64,000 nt of DNA from an uncultured Candidatus Saccharibacteria bacterium (GTDB taxonomy: Bacteria; Patescibacteriota; Minisyncoccia; UBA6257; 2-01-FULL-56-20). Shown in pieces: positions 9,690 through 19,466 of this stretch. Position 1 is the stretch's first letter; each line of letters opens with the position of its first letter. The notes under the pieces are model-generated. The model was not told the DNA's origin. It worked only from the letters and a program-made list of their open reading frames with translations, and ran no database searches. The DNA is taken from positions 49,594 through 113,593 of the forward strand of contig CAYHZA010000002.1 of the NCBI GenBank assembly GCA_964361095.1, written 5' to 3'. The translations under genes and the position numbers were made by a program.

Positions 9690-10292
9690 ATGGAATCAAT
9701 GTTACATTTTTCCCGGCGCATAAAGCTTAGTATTGTATTTTTCGCGGTTGTTATCTCCGGCTATGTCGTTGTCCACTTGGTTGCAAGTTTGGGCGGCGTA
9801 CCGCAGGAATTTAACGAAGCGCGGCTCCAAGGGGCGCTTATTGCCCAGAATATCGTAGACCTTTCGAATAAATCGGCGAGCGATTTAGGGAAGATTAACG
9901 AACTTGACCGCCAGAGGAATTTTAACGAAGCGCTCGCGCTTACGACGCAGGTCATTGCGCAAAGCCAAGAAATTCGAAACCAGGCGGTAGCGCTTTCCTC
10001 GGAAATTGAAAAGATGACGAGGTCGCTTTCCGGCATCGGTTCGGATGAGGCGCGACAGGCGGCGCTTGAATCAATTACGAGCCGATTGGCGCTGATTAGC
10101 CGCCTCATTAACTACAGCGCGTCGCTTGAAAATCTTTTGAGCGTGTTGCGGAATCGTTTTGCCGGAGCGCCATCGAGCCATACGAAGGTTCAGGGAATGA
10201 TTGATCAGATCAATGCCGAGGTAACCGCGATCAATAGCTTCAACAATCAGGCTGTTCAGGCAATGGAGCGCTTTGACGCGTTGATAAAATAG
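9690..10292 (+). CDS. Membrane-anchored coiled-coil hypothetical protein
   Basis: N-terminal TM segment followed by heptad-rich helical sequence. Confidence 0.7.
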   Translation: MESMLHFSRRIKLSIVFFAVVISGYVVVHLVASLGGVPQEFNEARLQGALIAQNIVDLSNKSASDLGKINELDRQRNFNEALALTTQVIAQSQEIRNQAVALSSEIEKMTRSLSGIGSDEARQAALESITSRLALISRLINYSASLENLLSVLRNRFAGAPSSHTKVQGMIDQINAEVTAINSFNNQAVQAMERFDALIK

Positions 10293-10320
10293 TTGAGGGA
10301 GGCGCAGGTCGTTATGGTAT

Positions 10321-10392
10321 GGGGGTGTAGCTCAACGGCAGAGCATTCGTCTTATACACGAACGGTTGGAGGTTCGAGTCCTCCCGCCCCCA
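10321..10392 (+). tRNA. tRNA-Ile(TAT)
   Basis: GGGGGTG/CGCCCCC acceptor, TTCGT-CTTATAC-ACGAA anticodon arm, GGAGG-TTCGAGT-CCTCC T arm; CCA not encoded. Confidence 0.93.
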
Positions 10393-10504
10393 CGATCTTA
10401 ATATGGAAAAGGTAAGGGACGCCTCGGCGGTTTCTGGCCAGCCCCGTTAGATATAGAATTATCTAACGGGGTGAAAGTCCAGGCGCACCCACTCAATTTT
10501 GCAC

Positions 10505-10536
10505 AAAAAATGCCCAAATAAATTGGGCATTTTTTT
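10505..10536. terminator. Bidirectional intrinsic terminator between tRNA-Ile and ftsH
   Basis: AAAAAATGCCCAA-ataaa-TTGGGCATTTTTTT. Confidence 0.8.
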
Positions 10537-10566
10537 AACAGAGAGGCTACGATAAACTATTTTTTC

Positions 10567-12402
10567 CTATACCGCCATCGGTTTTATCTTAAAGGGCTTC
10601 AAGAGATTATAGAATTCGTCTTGTTCAAGCGTTTCTTTTTCCATAAGCGTCTTTGCTATTTTTTCGAGGGCGTTTTTGTTCACGCTGATAATCTTTTGCG
10701 CGGCTTTGTACGTGCGCTCAATGAAACTATGCACTTCGCTGTCGATTTCGGTCGCGACTTTTTCGGAGTAGTTTTTCTCCGTCGCGATTTCTCTGCCCAG
10801 AAATATCAGCTCCTCGGTTTTTCCGAAGGTCATGGGGCCCAATTTCTCGCTCATGCCGTATTTCGTAACGAGTCGTCGGGCGAGTTCTGAGGCTTCGCGC
10901 AGATCATTTGAGGCGCCGGTTGAAACATCGTTGAAAGTGAACTTTTCCGCGGCATATCCTCCCATCATGACGGCCATGTCATTTAAGAATTGATTTTTCG
11001 TTTTTAGGCGCTGTTCTTCAAGGGGAAGCTTCAAAGTATATCCGCCGGCCATTCCGCGGCTTATGATGGAGACTTTATGTACCGGGTCGGAATCTTTGAG
11101 CGATGCCGCGACAATCGCGTGGCCCGACTCGTGGTAGGCGGTGATCTCTTTCTCTCGCGTGGAAATGATGCGGCTTTTCCGCTCGGGTCCCAAGAGTACG
11201 CGCTCCACCGATTCCAAAAGGTCGTTTTCCGAAATCATTTTCGCCCCGCGTTTCGCGGCAAGGAGTGCCCCCTCGTTCATGAGATTCGCCAAGTCCGCGC
11301 CCGAAAATCCGGGTGTTCTCATTGATACTTTTTTGAAATCAATATTTTTTTCGATCGCTTTGCCGCGAGAGTGGATCTTGAGGATCGCTTCACGGTCGGC
11401 GAGATCGGGAAGGTCGAGCACGACGCGCCGATCAAAACGGCCCGGCCGAAGGAGCGCCGGATCGAGAATATCGGGGCGGTTCGTGGCGGCGAGGACTATC
11501 ACGCGCGTGTCGCGGTCGAAGCCGTCGAGTTCGACGAGGATCTGGTTCAAGGTTTGTTCGCGTTCATCGTTCCCTCCCCCGAGTCCTGCTCCCCGCTGGC
11601 GGCCCACCGCGTCAATTTCGTCCACGAATAGTATCGAGGGAGACGCTTTTTTCGCCGTGGCGAACGCGTCGCGTGTGCGAGCGGCGCCGACACCCACGAA
11701 CATTTCAACGAATTCGGACGCGGAGATGTGAAAAAAAGGAACATTGGCCTCTCCAGCGACGGCACGAGCAAGGAGCGTCTTCCCCGTTCCCGGCTGACCC
11801 ATAAGGAGCACGCCGCGCGGAATGCGCGCGCCAAGGTCGGTAAATTTCTTCGGGTTCTTCAAGAATTCCACGATTTCAATAAGATCATCCTTCGCTTCTT
11901 TGAGTCCCGCGACATCGCTAAACATGACTTTTTCTTTTCCGAGGTTCGAAAGACGGATGCTTGAGCGGCCGAAGTTAAACGCCTGATTGACGCCCGTTTT
12001 TGCCTGGCGCATCATAAGCCACAAAATAAAGCCGATAATAATAAGCGGAAGAAGTGTGGGAATCAAAATGCCTGCCCAAAATTGCCACCCCGACTGCTCT
12101 TCTATCGTCAAGGCCACCTTCTGGAGCGCCACGGAGTCAACGCCAAAGTTTTTAAGGGTTTCCGTAAGCCCCGCTTCCGCTTCTTTCTTCGAAACGGCTT
12201 TTACGCCATCGGCGAGCTTAATCTCGAGCGCGTCTCCGTTTATTTTGATTTCGGCTACCTGGCCGGCGTTGATCTGCTGGACGAGCTGATTGAGGGTAAA
12301 CACCTTTGGTGTTTCGCTGGTTTCAAGGAGAATCGAAAAGAAAAGCGAGATGAAGATTAAAGTCGCGATCGCCCACAGTACGTTTTTATAAAAGTGTGAC
12401 AT
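10567..12402 (-). CDS. ftsH: ATP-dependent zinc metalloprotease FtsH
   Basis: Two TM helices, GQPGTGKT Walker A, FVDEID, RPGRFDR, HESGH zinc motif. Confidence 0.98.
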   Translation of the reverse strand: MSHFYKNVLWAIATLIFISLFFSILLETSETPKVFTLNQLVQQINAGQVAEIKINGDALEIKLADGVKAVSKKEAEAGLTETLKNFGVDSVALQKVALTIEEQSGWQFWAGILIPTLLPLIIIGFILWLMMRQAKTGVNQAFNFGRSSIRLSNLGKEKVMFSDVAGLKEAKDDLIEIVEFLKNPKKFTDLGARIPRGVLLMGQPGTGKTLLARAVAGEANVPFFHISASEFVEMFVGVGAARTRDAFATAKKASPSILFVDEIDAVGRQRGAGLGGGNDEREQTLNQILVELDGFDRDTRVIVLAATNRPDILDPALLRPGRFDRRVVLDLPDLADREAILKIHSRGKAIEKNIDFKKVSMRTPGFSGADLANLMNEGALLAAKRGAKMISENDLLESVERVLLGPERKSRIISTREKEITAYHESGHAIVAASLKDSDPVHKVSIISRGMAGGYTLKLPLEEQRLKTKNQFLNDMAVMMGGYAAEKFTFNDVSTGASNDLREASELARRLVTKYGMSEKLGPMTFGKTEELIFLGREIATEKNYSEKVATEIDSEVHSFIERTYKAAQKIISVNKNALEKIAKTLMEKETLEQDEFYNLLKPFKIKPMAV

Positions 12403-12551
12403 AAATGTATTTAATTTTTCTTATATTCTAAAGGAAATTTTTTTATCGGTCAATATATATAGGTATGTACCGATGGTAATAGAGTTGCAAAATCCCCCAA
12501 GCCCGTGTAGATTTTCTAAGGAAAGCGGTGAGATTGAGCAGGAAGAAGCAT

Positions 12552-12627
12552 GGTGGGCGTAGCTCAATTGGTAGAGCTCCAGTTTGTGGCACTGGCGGTT
12601 GCGGGTTCAACTCCCGTCGCTCACCCA
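12552..12627 (+). tRNA. tRNA-His(GTG)
   Basis: G-1 plus GTGGGCG/CGCTCAC acceptor, CCAGT-TTGTGGC-ACTGG anticodon arm, C73. Confidence 0.95.
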
Positions 12628-12667
12628 AAATACAAAGAACAGCGTATACGCTGTTCTTTGTATTTTG
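12626..12667 (+). terminator. Perfect 42-bp palindrome/terminator after tRNA-His
   Basis: CAAAATACAAAGAACAGCGTATACGCTGTTCTTTGTATTTTG. Confidence 0.7.
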
Positions 12668-12838
12668 TCCTGAGCGTAGCGAGGGGCTACAATATGCATT
12701 GAAATGACGATGAACTATCTTAAATTTTCCACACTTACAAAAGAGAAAAAATGAAGATGCGGCAGGAACACGGTTGAGATTAGGGACAAATGTTTACAAA
12801 TGTTTACAAAATTTATCTCGCGTGGTAGATTAATAGTT

Positions 12839-13738
12839 ATGAAAAAAGCATTACTTATTGGTTTTATTATTCTTATTTTGGGAGGAGGATATTCTATCGT
12901 AGTAGGTCTTCGTGGGTCAGATGATAAGAATGGAACTGCGCAAAAAATTGTGCCACAGAATACGTCTATTGATGAGAAATTATTCGCTCACTTCCTTATT
13001 GATGATGGTAAGTGCCGTGGGGTAAGAAATGATCTATATGCTATTGATGAGAAAGTGGTTGCTTGGATTGTTAACAAACCATGTCCGCCGGTTGTGTCCG
13101 AGGTAACACTTTGGGAAGGGAATCCATCTGCTGCTAATGGCCTACTTTGTACTTCTATTGCTACCAAACCAGATTTACCACAATGCCAAGATACACAATA
13201 CGAATCACTCTACGGCATTATTCGTGCAAACATCGACAAGAAAGATTTAGGGCTTGGTGCTTCTCATAGCATCAGGAAAATTACTTACAGCACCGAAGAG
13301 TTAGCTGTGGCGCGTGGGGATGTTAACCAACTATCATTTCGAGTGAGAGATTCAACGAGATTTTCTGATTTGGGTTCACTCAAGAGTGCCATTAATTTGT
13401 ACATATCAGAAGGCAACAAGCTCTCTGGATGCGGTTCGAGGACTCTCTATAAATCCAACATAGGGACTAAGGCATATGATGGAACTGGATGGCTACCGGT
13501 GAATTTGAAGAAAATCATATCAGGTTCTCCGTTCAATGAACTTCCTATCGATCCAGTGAATGATGCTAATTACTACTTTGTGTATGTTTGTAATTCCGCG
13601 ACGAACCAATATGAATTAAACGTGAACCTGCAGGGCGATCAATATGGGATGGGCGGGAGCCGCGATAAAGAATCAACCGATGGCGGAAATAACCCGGATG
13701 TATATGAATTGGGGACTGATTTAAGTCTTTTGCAATAG
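12839..13738 (+). CDS. Membrane-anchored surface protein with a C-terminal type IV pilin/GspG-like domain
   Basis: N-terminal TM; RDSTRFSDLGSLKSAINLY and LPIDPVN...YYFVY...YELNVNL resemble pilin head domains. Confidence 0.65.
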   Translation: MKKALLIGFIILILGGGYSIVVGLRGSDDKNGTAQKIVPQNTSIDEKLFAHFLIDDGKCRGVRNDLYAIDEKVVAWIVNKPCPPVVSEVTLWEGNPSAANGLLCTSIATKPDLPQCQDTQYESLYGIIRANIDKKDLGLGASHSIRKITYSTEELAVARGDVNQLSFRVRDSTRFSDLGSLKSAINLYISEGNKLSGCGSRTLYKSNIGTKAYDGTGWLPVNLKKIISGSPFNELPIDPVNDANYYFVYVCNSATNQYELNVNLQGDQYGMGGSRDKESTDGGNNPDVYELGTDLSLLQ

Positions 13739-13905
13739 CAAAAAGAAGCTGCTTGTTCGAGTAGGAATCAGTTGCACCATTAGGCACCCCTGTTAAACAG
13801 TTTCTAATCCCATATGCCAGACGACCAAGGATAATTGACGCAAGATGCCAATTGTGCGACTCTTGCTATAGCTTTGACTAACCTCAATTCAATAAGGAGA
13901 GGAAG

Positions 13906-14229
13906 ATGGCAAAGAACGAAGACGATTTGCCTCCCTGCGACAGGAAGATTTTCAGGAAGGGGGAGCATATAGCGACCCTCGATGCCGAGCCGGAAGCTGC
14001 TGAGCGTTGGGTAAAAGCAATTGCCCAGAGAGCCAATGCGCGTGTGGATTGGCATTACTTCGGAGGACGCGCGTGCGTTAAGTTTTTGGGCAACGCGAAG
14101 TCTCGGAGTAGAGTCTTTCAGGCTATCGAAGAACTCGCCGATTTTCTCGATGGCCGCATACTTCGTAGCTTCGGGCCGAGCGATCCCCCGCCAAAAAGCT
14201 TCTTGCCCGTTTCTTCGTTCAATAAGTAG
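13906..14229 (+). CDS. Hypothetical protein
   Basis: 107 aa; AAGGAGAGG RBS before the ATG; VDWHYFGGRACV segment. Confidence 0.7.
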   Translation: MAKNEDDLPPCDRKIFRKGEHIATLDAEPEAAERWVKAIAQRANARVDWHYFGGRACVKFLGNAKSRSRVFQAIEELADFLDGRILRSFGPSDPPPKSFLPVSSFNK

Positions 14230-14257
14230 ACCGACTTGTCCGCGATGAGTCACATCT

Positions 14258-14288
14258 AGAACCCTTTGTTTAAAGGGTTCTTTTTTTT
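14258..14288 (+). terminator. Intrinsic terminator
   Basis: AGAACCCTTT-gttt-AAAGGGTTCT followed by a T run. Confidence 0.8.
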
Positions 14289-14801
14289 ACTTCAAGATTC
14301 GGTCAATCAAATTCTAATTCCATTCCATCGACTTTGCTCAGAGTAAAATGCCAGACAGTTTCCTAACTACCAATAATGAAGCCATTTCCTTCTTGAGAAG
14401 CTCTCGGAGGCAATTCGAGCTTGGTGTGCTTGGGCACTCGAATTGCCGAGAGGAAGCAGGCGCTTGCCGCTGGAGTAAGCGAACTGCGGTTTTCAAAAGA
14501 TAAAACCTAGAAGAAAGCCCGACGCTCCGCCTGCTCCGACCGAAGCGTCGGAGGTCGGGCTCCGACCCTGCCTTTGGAAGGCGTCGGAGTTATCCCCACC
14601 CCTCGTTTGACGCTTTCCTTCGGCACGCTACTATATAGGTATAGCTCTTTGTCATAATCCATAAGAAGAAAACATCAGTCGACCTAAAACGTCGGCACAC
14701 TCATCCACACAAGGGAAGGTTTCCTCGGAAACTCTTCCCTTTCGTATTTTTAATACCCTGTTTCCGAAGCCAATTTTATACATTGTGATATTCTTATACG
14801 C

Positions 14802-16439
14802 ATGGAACTTGCCGAAGAACTTAAGTCTTTTTTTACAGGGGATATTTTGCACGATGCCGAGACCATAAAAAAATACAGTCGCGACGCGAGTTTGTTCGAA
14901 ATCACGCCGGAGCTCGTTGTATTTCCCAAAGATGTCGCCGATCTAAAGAATCTCGTTCGTTTCGCCGCCGAGAAGAAGAAAGAAGGGAGGAAAATTTCGC
15001 TTACCGCGCGGTCTGCCGGCACGGACATGAGCGGCGGTTCTATCGGAGAATCGATCATCGTCGTATTTACAAAATACTTTACGCATACCGGCGAAGTAGA
15101 AGAGGGAACTCTTCGTTCCGAACCGGGCGTCTATTACCGTGATTTCGAAAAAATAACTTTGGAGAAGGGATATCTTTTCCCATCATACCCCGCGTCCAAA
15201 GAACTCTGCGCGATAGGGGGAATCGTAAACAATAACGCGGGCGGCGAGCGGTCGCTCGTGTACGGAAAAACCGAGGATTATATCGCTTCTATGAACGTGG
15301 TACTCGCGGATGGAAACGAATATACGTTGCGTGGCCTTTCTCGCGAAGAGCTTGACGAAAAATTGAGCGAGCCGGGATTTGAGGGAGAAGTATATCGCAA
15401 GATGTACAAGCTCTTGGAGGAAAATTATGACGTGGTAAAAGCGGCGAAGCCGAAGGTCTCCAAAAATTCGGCGGGGTTCAATGTGTGGGACGTGTGGGAC
15501 AAAAAAGAGTTCAATCTCGCGAAACTTTTCGTCGGTTCGCAGGGGACGCTTGGGCTGACGACCGAGGCGACCTTCCGACTCGTCAAAACAAAACCATATT
15601 CGGGAATGCTCGTCGTTTTTATGAAAGACCTTCGCCCACTCGTTGATCTCGTAAAAACAATCCTTCCTTTCGCGCCCACGAGCTTTGAATCTTTCGACGA
15701 TCACACGCTTCGTTTGGCGATGAGATTCCTTCCGGATTTTATTAAGCTTCTCGGATCAAAAAATATAATCTCCTTGGGATTGCAGTTTCTGCCGGAGTTC
15801 TGGCTCGTCTTAACGGAGGGAATGCCTAAGCTCGTTCTACTCGTTGAGTTTGAGGGCGATACGCAGGCGCAAGTGGATGAGAAGATAACGGCTCTGCGAA
15901 AACAGCTCAAAAATTTCCGCGTGAAGGTTCGGGTCGCGGGGACGAAAGAAGAGGCGAAGAAATATTGGGCTATCCGAAGGGAGAGTTTTAATCTTTTGCG
16001 CCATCGCGTCTTGAATAAACAGACCGCGCCGTTTATTGACGATGTAATCGTAGCACCGGAGAAGATGCCGGAATTTTTAACGGAGCTTTATAAAATTTTG
16101 GATCGCTATAAACTGCTCTACACTATTGCCGGACACGTGGGGAACGGCAATTTCCATATTATTCCCCTGATGTCGCTCGCGAAAGATGAGGACCGGCAAA
16201 AGATTCCTTTGGTTGCGGACGAAGTGTATGATCTCACCTTGAAGTACGGCGGATCCATTACCGCGGAGCATAATGACGGCTTGATTCGCGGGCCCTATTT
16301 GAAAAAAATGTACGGCGCGAAAGTATACGGAATTTTTAAAGAAATTAAGAGTATTTTTGATCCGGAAGACATCTTCAATCCCGGAAAGAAGATGGAGGCG
16401 GATTTGCAATACGCGCTCGCGCATATTAAGCGTTCATAG
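14802..16439 (+). CDS. FAD-linked oxidoreductase (GlcD/D-lactate dehydrogenase family)
   Basis: RSAGTDMSGG FAD loop, IGGIVNNNAGG, GSQGTLG, GHVGNGNFH, AEHNDG and FDPEDIFNPGK. Confidence 0.92.
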   Translation: MELAEELKSFFTGDILHDAETIKKYSRDASLFEITPELVVFPKDVADLKNLVRFAAEKKKEGRKISLTARSAGTDMSGGSIGESIIVVFTKYFTHTGEVEEGTLRSEPGVYYRDFEKITLEKGYLFPSYPASKELCAIGGIVNNNAGGERSLVYGKTEDYIASMNVVLADGNEYTLRGLSREELDEKLSEPGFEGEVYRKMYKLLEENYDVVKAAKPKVSKNSAGFNVWDVWDKKEFNLAKLFVGSQGTLGLTTEATFRLVKTKPYSGMLVVFMKDLRPLVDLVKTILPFAPTSFESFDDHTLRLAMRFLPDFIKLLGSKNIISLGLQFLPEFWLVLTEGMPKLVLLVEFEGDTQAQVDEKITALRKQLKNFRVKVRVAGTKEEAKKYWAIRRESFNLLRHRVLNKQTAPFIDDVIVAPEKMPEFLTELYKILDRYKLLYTIAGHVGNGNFHIIPLMSLAKDEDRQKIPLVADEVYDLTLKYGGSITAEHNDGLIRGPYLKKMYGAKVYGIFKEIKSIFDPEDIFNPGKKMEADLQYALAHIKRS

Positions 16440-16456
16440 TTCACTGCTTTCAAAGA

Positions 16457-16485
16457 TTGACAAGGGCTAAAAATTCGGTTAAAAT
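16457..16485 (+). promoter_or_regulatory. sigma70-type promoter
   Basis: TTGACA-17 nt-TAAAAT. Confidence 0.7.
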
Positions 16486-16490
16486 GTTAA

Positions 16491-16666
16491 TTCAGTCTGC
16501 TTTTTCGGCGTATCTTGAGCATCGTCTGCATCCTCCCGATGTCTCAAGGCAACCCTACTTCGAGAAAGCCGATAAAACTTGCGAAACGCCTTGTAGGGGC
16601 CTCCTCCTCTCGGCGTTTCGTAAGCCATTTCATGCAGGGGCCATTCGCTTGGTCCCTTTTTTATTT
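16491..16666 (+). ncRNA. Candidate structured leader RNA or small RNA ending in an intrinsic terminator
   Basis: Several long stems between a consensus promoter and GGGGCCA-ttcgct-TGGTCCC-TTTTTT. Confidence 0.45.
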
Positions 16667-16731
16667 GAGTCCTTATTGTAAAAATAACTGCTTCGGTTTA
16701 TCCTCTTAAGAACAACCTTTTTACTTTTCCC

Positions 16732-17418
16732 ATGCTTCTTTCGCAAAACCAGATTTTGAAACACATGAAGAATGGAACGATCATTATCGATCCGTTCGAC
16801 GAGAGAAAATTGAAGACGGTAAGCTATGACATCACGCTCGGCGAGTGGTATTGGAAAGAACGGGCGCCCGGAGGCCGCGCGACAGTGCATAATGTGTACG
16901 ATGAAAAATCCACGGAGCTGATCTGGGAAGGACCGCTTAAGGCGCAATCAGTTGAAGCCGTTGAAGAACACCTCGGGAAGCAGTTCAAAAATATTCCTCC
17001 GGGTTCCAAGATAATCTTGCTTGAGCCGGGAGAAACGGTTTTGGGGCATACGGTTGAATTTATCGGCGGCAGGGATATCTGCGTCGCGAAAATGTACGCG
17101 CGTTCTTCGCTCGGCAGAAATTTTATCGAAGTGTGTAAAGACGCCGGATGGGGCGACGTCGGTTATTTTAACCGGTGGACGATGGAGATTACGAATAACT
17201 CCCGTTACTTTTCGATTCCGCTCGTGGTTGACCGCCGGATCGGACAGATGGTTTTTTACGAAGTGGCGCCGCTCGATAAAAAAAATGTTGACTACGTTGG
17301 TGAAGGAGGAAAATATCAAAGCTCGCAAGACGTGGAAGAGGTAAAGGCATCGTGGAAGCCCGAGATGATGATTCCCCGAATGCACTTGGATTGGGAGGTA
17401 AATACGCACAAGGCATAG
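16732..17418 (+). CDS. dcd: dCTP deaminase / trimeric dUTPase family protein
   Basis: SYDITLG, LEPGETVLGHTVE, ARSSLGR, GWGDVGY, RRIGQMVF. Confidence 0.85.
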   Translation: MLLSQNQILKHMKNGTIIIDPFDERKLKTVSYDITLGEWYWKERAPGGRATVHNVYDEKSTELIWEGPLKAQSVEAVEEHLGKQFKNIPPGSKIILLEPGETVLGHTVEFIGGRDICVAKMYARSSLGRNFIEVCKDAGWGDVGYFNRWTMEITNNSRYFSIPLVVDRRIGQMVFYEVAPLDKKNVDYVGEGGKYQSSQDVEEVKASWKPEMMIPRMHLDWEVNTHKA

Positions 17419-17426
17419 CACTCCCG

Positions 17427-18647
17427 ATGCGCGATAAGGAAATCCAAAAACTTATTCACGGAGAGACGAAGCGTCAGAACGAAACACTGGATCTTATTCC
17501 GTCGGAAAATTTTGTCTCCGACGATGTCCTGCGCGCGCTCGGCTCTCCTCTTACGAACAAATATGCCGAAGGATATCCTTCGGCCCGCTATTACGGAGGG
17601 AACGAGTATATCGATAAGATAGAAAGTCTTTGCAAGGCTCGCGCTTTGAAACTTTTTGGTCTCAAAGAAGACGCGTGGCACGTAAACGTCCAGCCCTATT
17701 CAGGTTCTCCCGCAAATCTGGCAGTCTACGTGGCGCTGGTCCCCTTGGGCGAAAAGATTATGGGTCTTCAACTCGATATGGGTGGGCATTTAACGCACGG
17801 TCACAAGGTAAGTTTTACCGGAAAGGCGTGGCAGGCGGTGCCCTATGTGCTCGACAAGAAGACGGAACGGCTTGATTATGACGCGGTTTTACGCCTCGCG
17901 AAAAAAGAGAAGCCCAAGATTATCGTTGCGGGATACACCGCCTATCCTCGCGTCGTAGATTTTGCGAAGTTCCGAAAGATTGCCGATGCGGTGGGGGCGT
18001 ATTTGATGATTGATATGTCGCATATCGCAGGACTTATCGCCGGAGGCGCTTATCCCTCACCCTTCAAGTACGCGGATATCGTAACGACGACGGCGCATAA
18101 GACACTGCGCGGTCCGCGTTCGGCGCTTATCTTTTGTAAAAAAGAGTTTTCTCGCGCAATTGACCGCGCGATTTTCCCCGGACTTCAGGGCGGCCCGCAC
18201 GCGAATCAGATCGCGGCTGTCGCAGTCGCGCTTGGCGAAGCGCGTACGCCGGCTTTTAAAAAATACGCGAAACAAATCGTGCGGAACGCCAAAGCGCTCG
18301 CGGAGGCGCTCCGGAAAAATGGCTGGCGGATTGTTTCCGGCGGAACCGATTCGCACCTGCTTTTGGTGGATGTCGCCGCGCGCGGCATAGGCGGTAAAGA
18401 GGCGAGCGACAAACTCGAAGCGAGCGGCATTATCGTCAATAAAAATACGATTCCTTATGATCCGCGTCCGCCGATGGATCCGTCGGGTATTCGCTTGGGC
18501 ACGCCGGCACTCACTACCCGAGGGATGAAAGAAAAAGAAATGACTGTGGTTGCTCGAATGATTTCCGATGTATTACTTACGAATAAAAATATAAACCGTG
18601 AGGTGAAAAAACTGTGCCGCCGTTTTCCGCTATTGTATAAAATTTAG
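17427..18647 (+). CDS. glyA: Serine hydroxymethyltransferase
   Basis: LIPSENF, NKYAEGYP, TTTAHKTLRGPR, FPGLQGGP; start set at MRDKEI. Confidence 0.97.
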   Translation: MRDKEIQKLIHGETKRQNETLDLIPSENFVSDDVLRALGSPLTNKYAEGYPSARYYGGNEYIDKIESLCKARALKLFGLKEDAWHVNVQPYSGSPANLAVYVALVPLGEKIMGLQLDMGGHLTHGHKVSFTGKAWQAVPYVLDKKTERLDYDAVLRLAKKEKPKIIVAGYTAYPRVVDFAKFRKIADAVGAYLMIDMSHIAGLIAGGAYPSPFKYADIVTTTAHKTLRGPRSALIFCKKEFSRAIDRAIFPGLQGGPHANQIAAVAVALGEARTPAFKKYAKQIVRNAKALAEALRKNGWRIVSGGTDSHLLLVDVAARGIGGKEASDKLEASGIIVNKNTIPYDPRPPMDPSGIRLGTPALTTRGMKEKEMTVVARMISDVLLTNKNINREVKKLCRRFPLLYKI

Positions 18648-18650
18648 AAA

Positions 18651-19466
18651 ATGATCATTGACGGGAAATTGATCGCCGATAAAATCGTCGGGGACTTAAA
18701 AGTTCGGCCACGCGTCGAGAAGTTCTTCGGCGCGGTTTTAGTAGGAGAGGATCCCGCCTCCGTTAATTTTTTGCGCCAAAAAGAAAAAGTCGCGAAGGAG
18801 CTCGGTATTGATTTTCGGCTTTATACATTGCCTGCGAGTATAACGACGGATGAGTTGCGCCGCGAGATTGGGCGTCTCGCCCAGCCGAAAAATTGCGGAG
18901 GGTTTATTGTTCAGCTTCCGCTTCCTGAGGCGTTGAATAAACACTATGTCTTAAATGCCATTCCGAAAGAAAAAGATATTGACGTATTGAGCGAAGCCGC
19001 GCTTGGTTCATTCTATTCCGGTCGGAACACTATCGTTCCTCCGTCGGTTGGGACCGTCAAGGAGATTTTAGGGATGCAGACGCGTGATCTTCGGGAACTC
19101 AAAGCAGTAATGGTGGGCGCGGGATTTTTAATCGGGAAGCCCGTCGGGTTCTGGCTTCAGAATCGCGTGGGAGAACTTACGGTCTTGGATAGTGAGGTGA
19201 AGGACCTTGAGGCGCGGCTCCGGGACGCCGATATCGTGATAAGCGGCGCCGGCCACCCCAAATTGTTTAGCGCGAAACATTTGAAGGAAGGAGCGACCGT
19301 CATCGACTTCGGATTTAACAAGATCAATGGGAAAATCGTGGGGGACTTTGACTCTGATGGCGCGGAGGAAAAGAATATTGCTTATACCAAAACACCCGGC
19401 GGTACCGGGCCGATTTTAGTCGCAGAATTGTTCAATAATTTTTATATACTCAATTCAAGATCCTGA
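18651..19466 (+). CDS. folD: Methylenetetrahydrofolate dehydrogenase/cyclohydrolase
   Basis: IIDGK, IVQLPLP, KEKDID, VIDFG, TKTPGGTGP. Confidence 0.95.
   Translation: MIIDGKLIADKIVGDLKVRPRVEKFFGAVLVGEDPASVNFLRQKEKVAKELGIDFRLYTLPASITTDELRREIGRLAQPKNCGGFIVQLPLPEALNKHYVLNAIPKEKDIDVLSEAALGSFYSGRNTIVPPSVGTVKEILGMQTRDLRELKAVMVGAGFLIGKPVGFWLQNRVGELTVLDSEVKDLEARLRDADIVISGAGHPKLFSAKHLKEGATVIDFGFNKINGKIVGDFDSDGAEEKNIAYTKTPGGTGPILVAELFNNFYILNSRS

Noticed and set aside
10414-10495. Possible tRNA or SRP-like ncRNA around the palindromic insert
   Set aside because: An imperfect outer stem exists but there is no cloverleaf or SRP domain IV motif.
13804-14253. 149-aa minus-strand ORF
   Set aside because: Antisense to the 107-aa ORF, which has a strong RBS and a downstream terminator.
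16491-16666. ZTP (pfl) or THF riboswitch assignment
   Set aside because: Conserved consensus elements were not recognisable; kept only as an unassigned structured RNA candidate.
18651-19466. Alternative genetic code (UGA = Gly, as in Gracilibacteria/SR1)
   Set aside because: Conserved genes are full length in code 11 and TGA ends genes such as folD and the NYN gene at expected positions.
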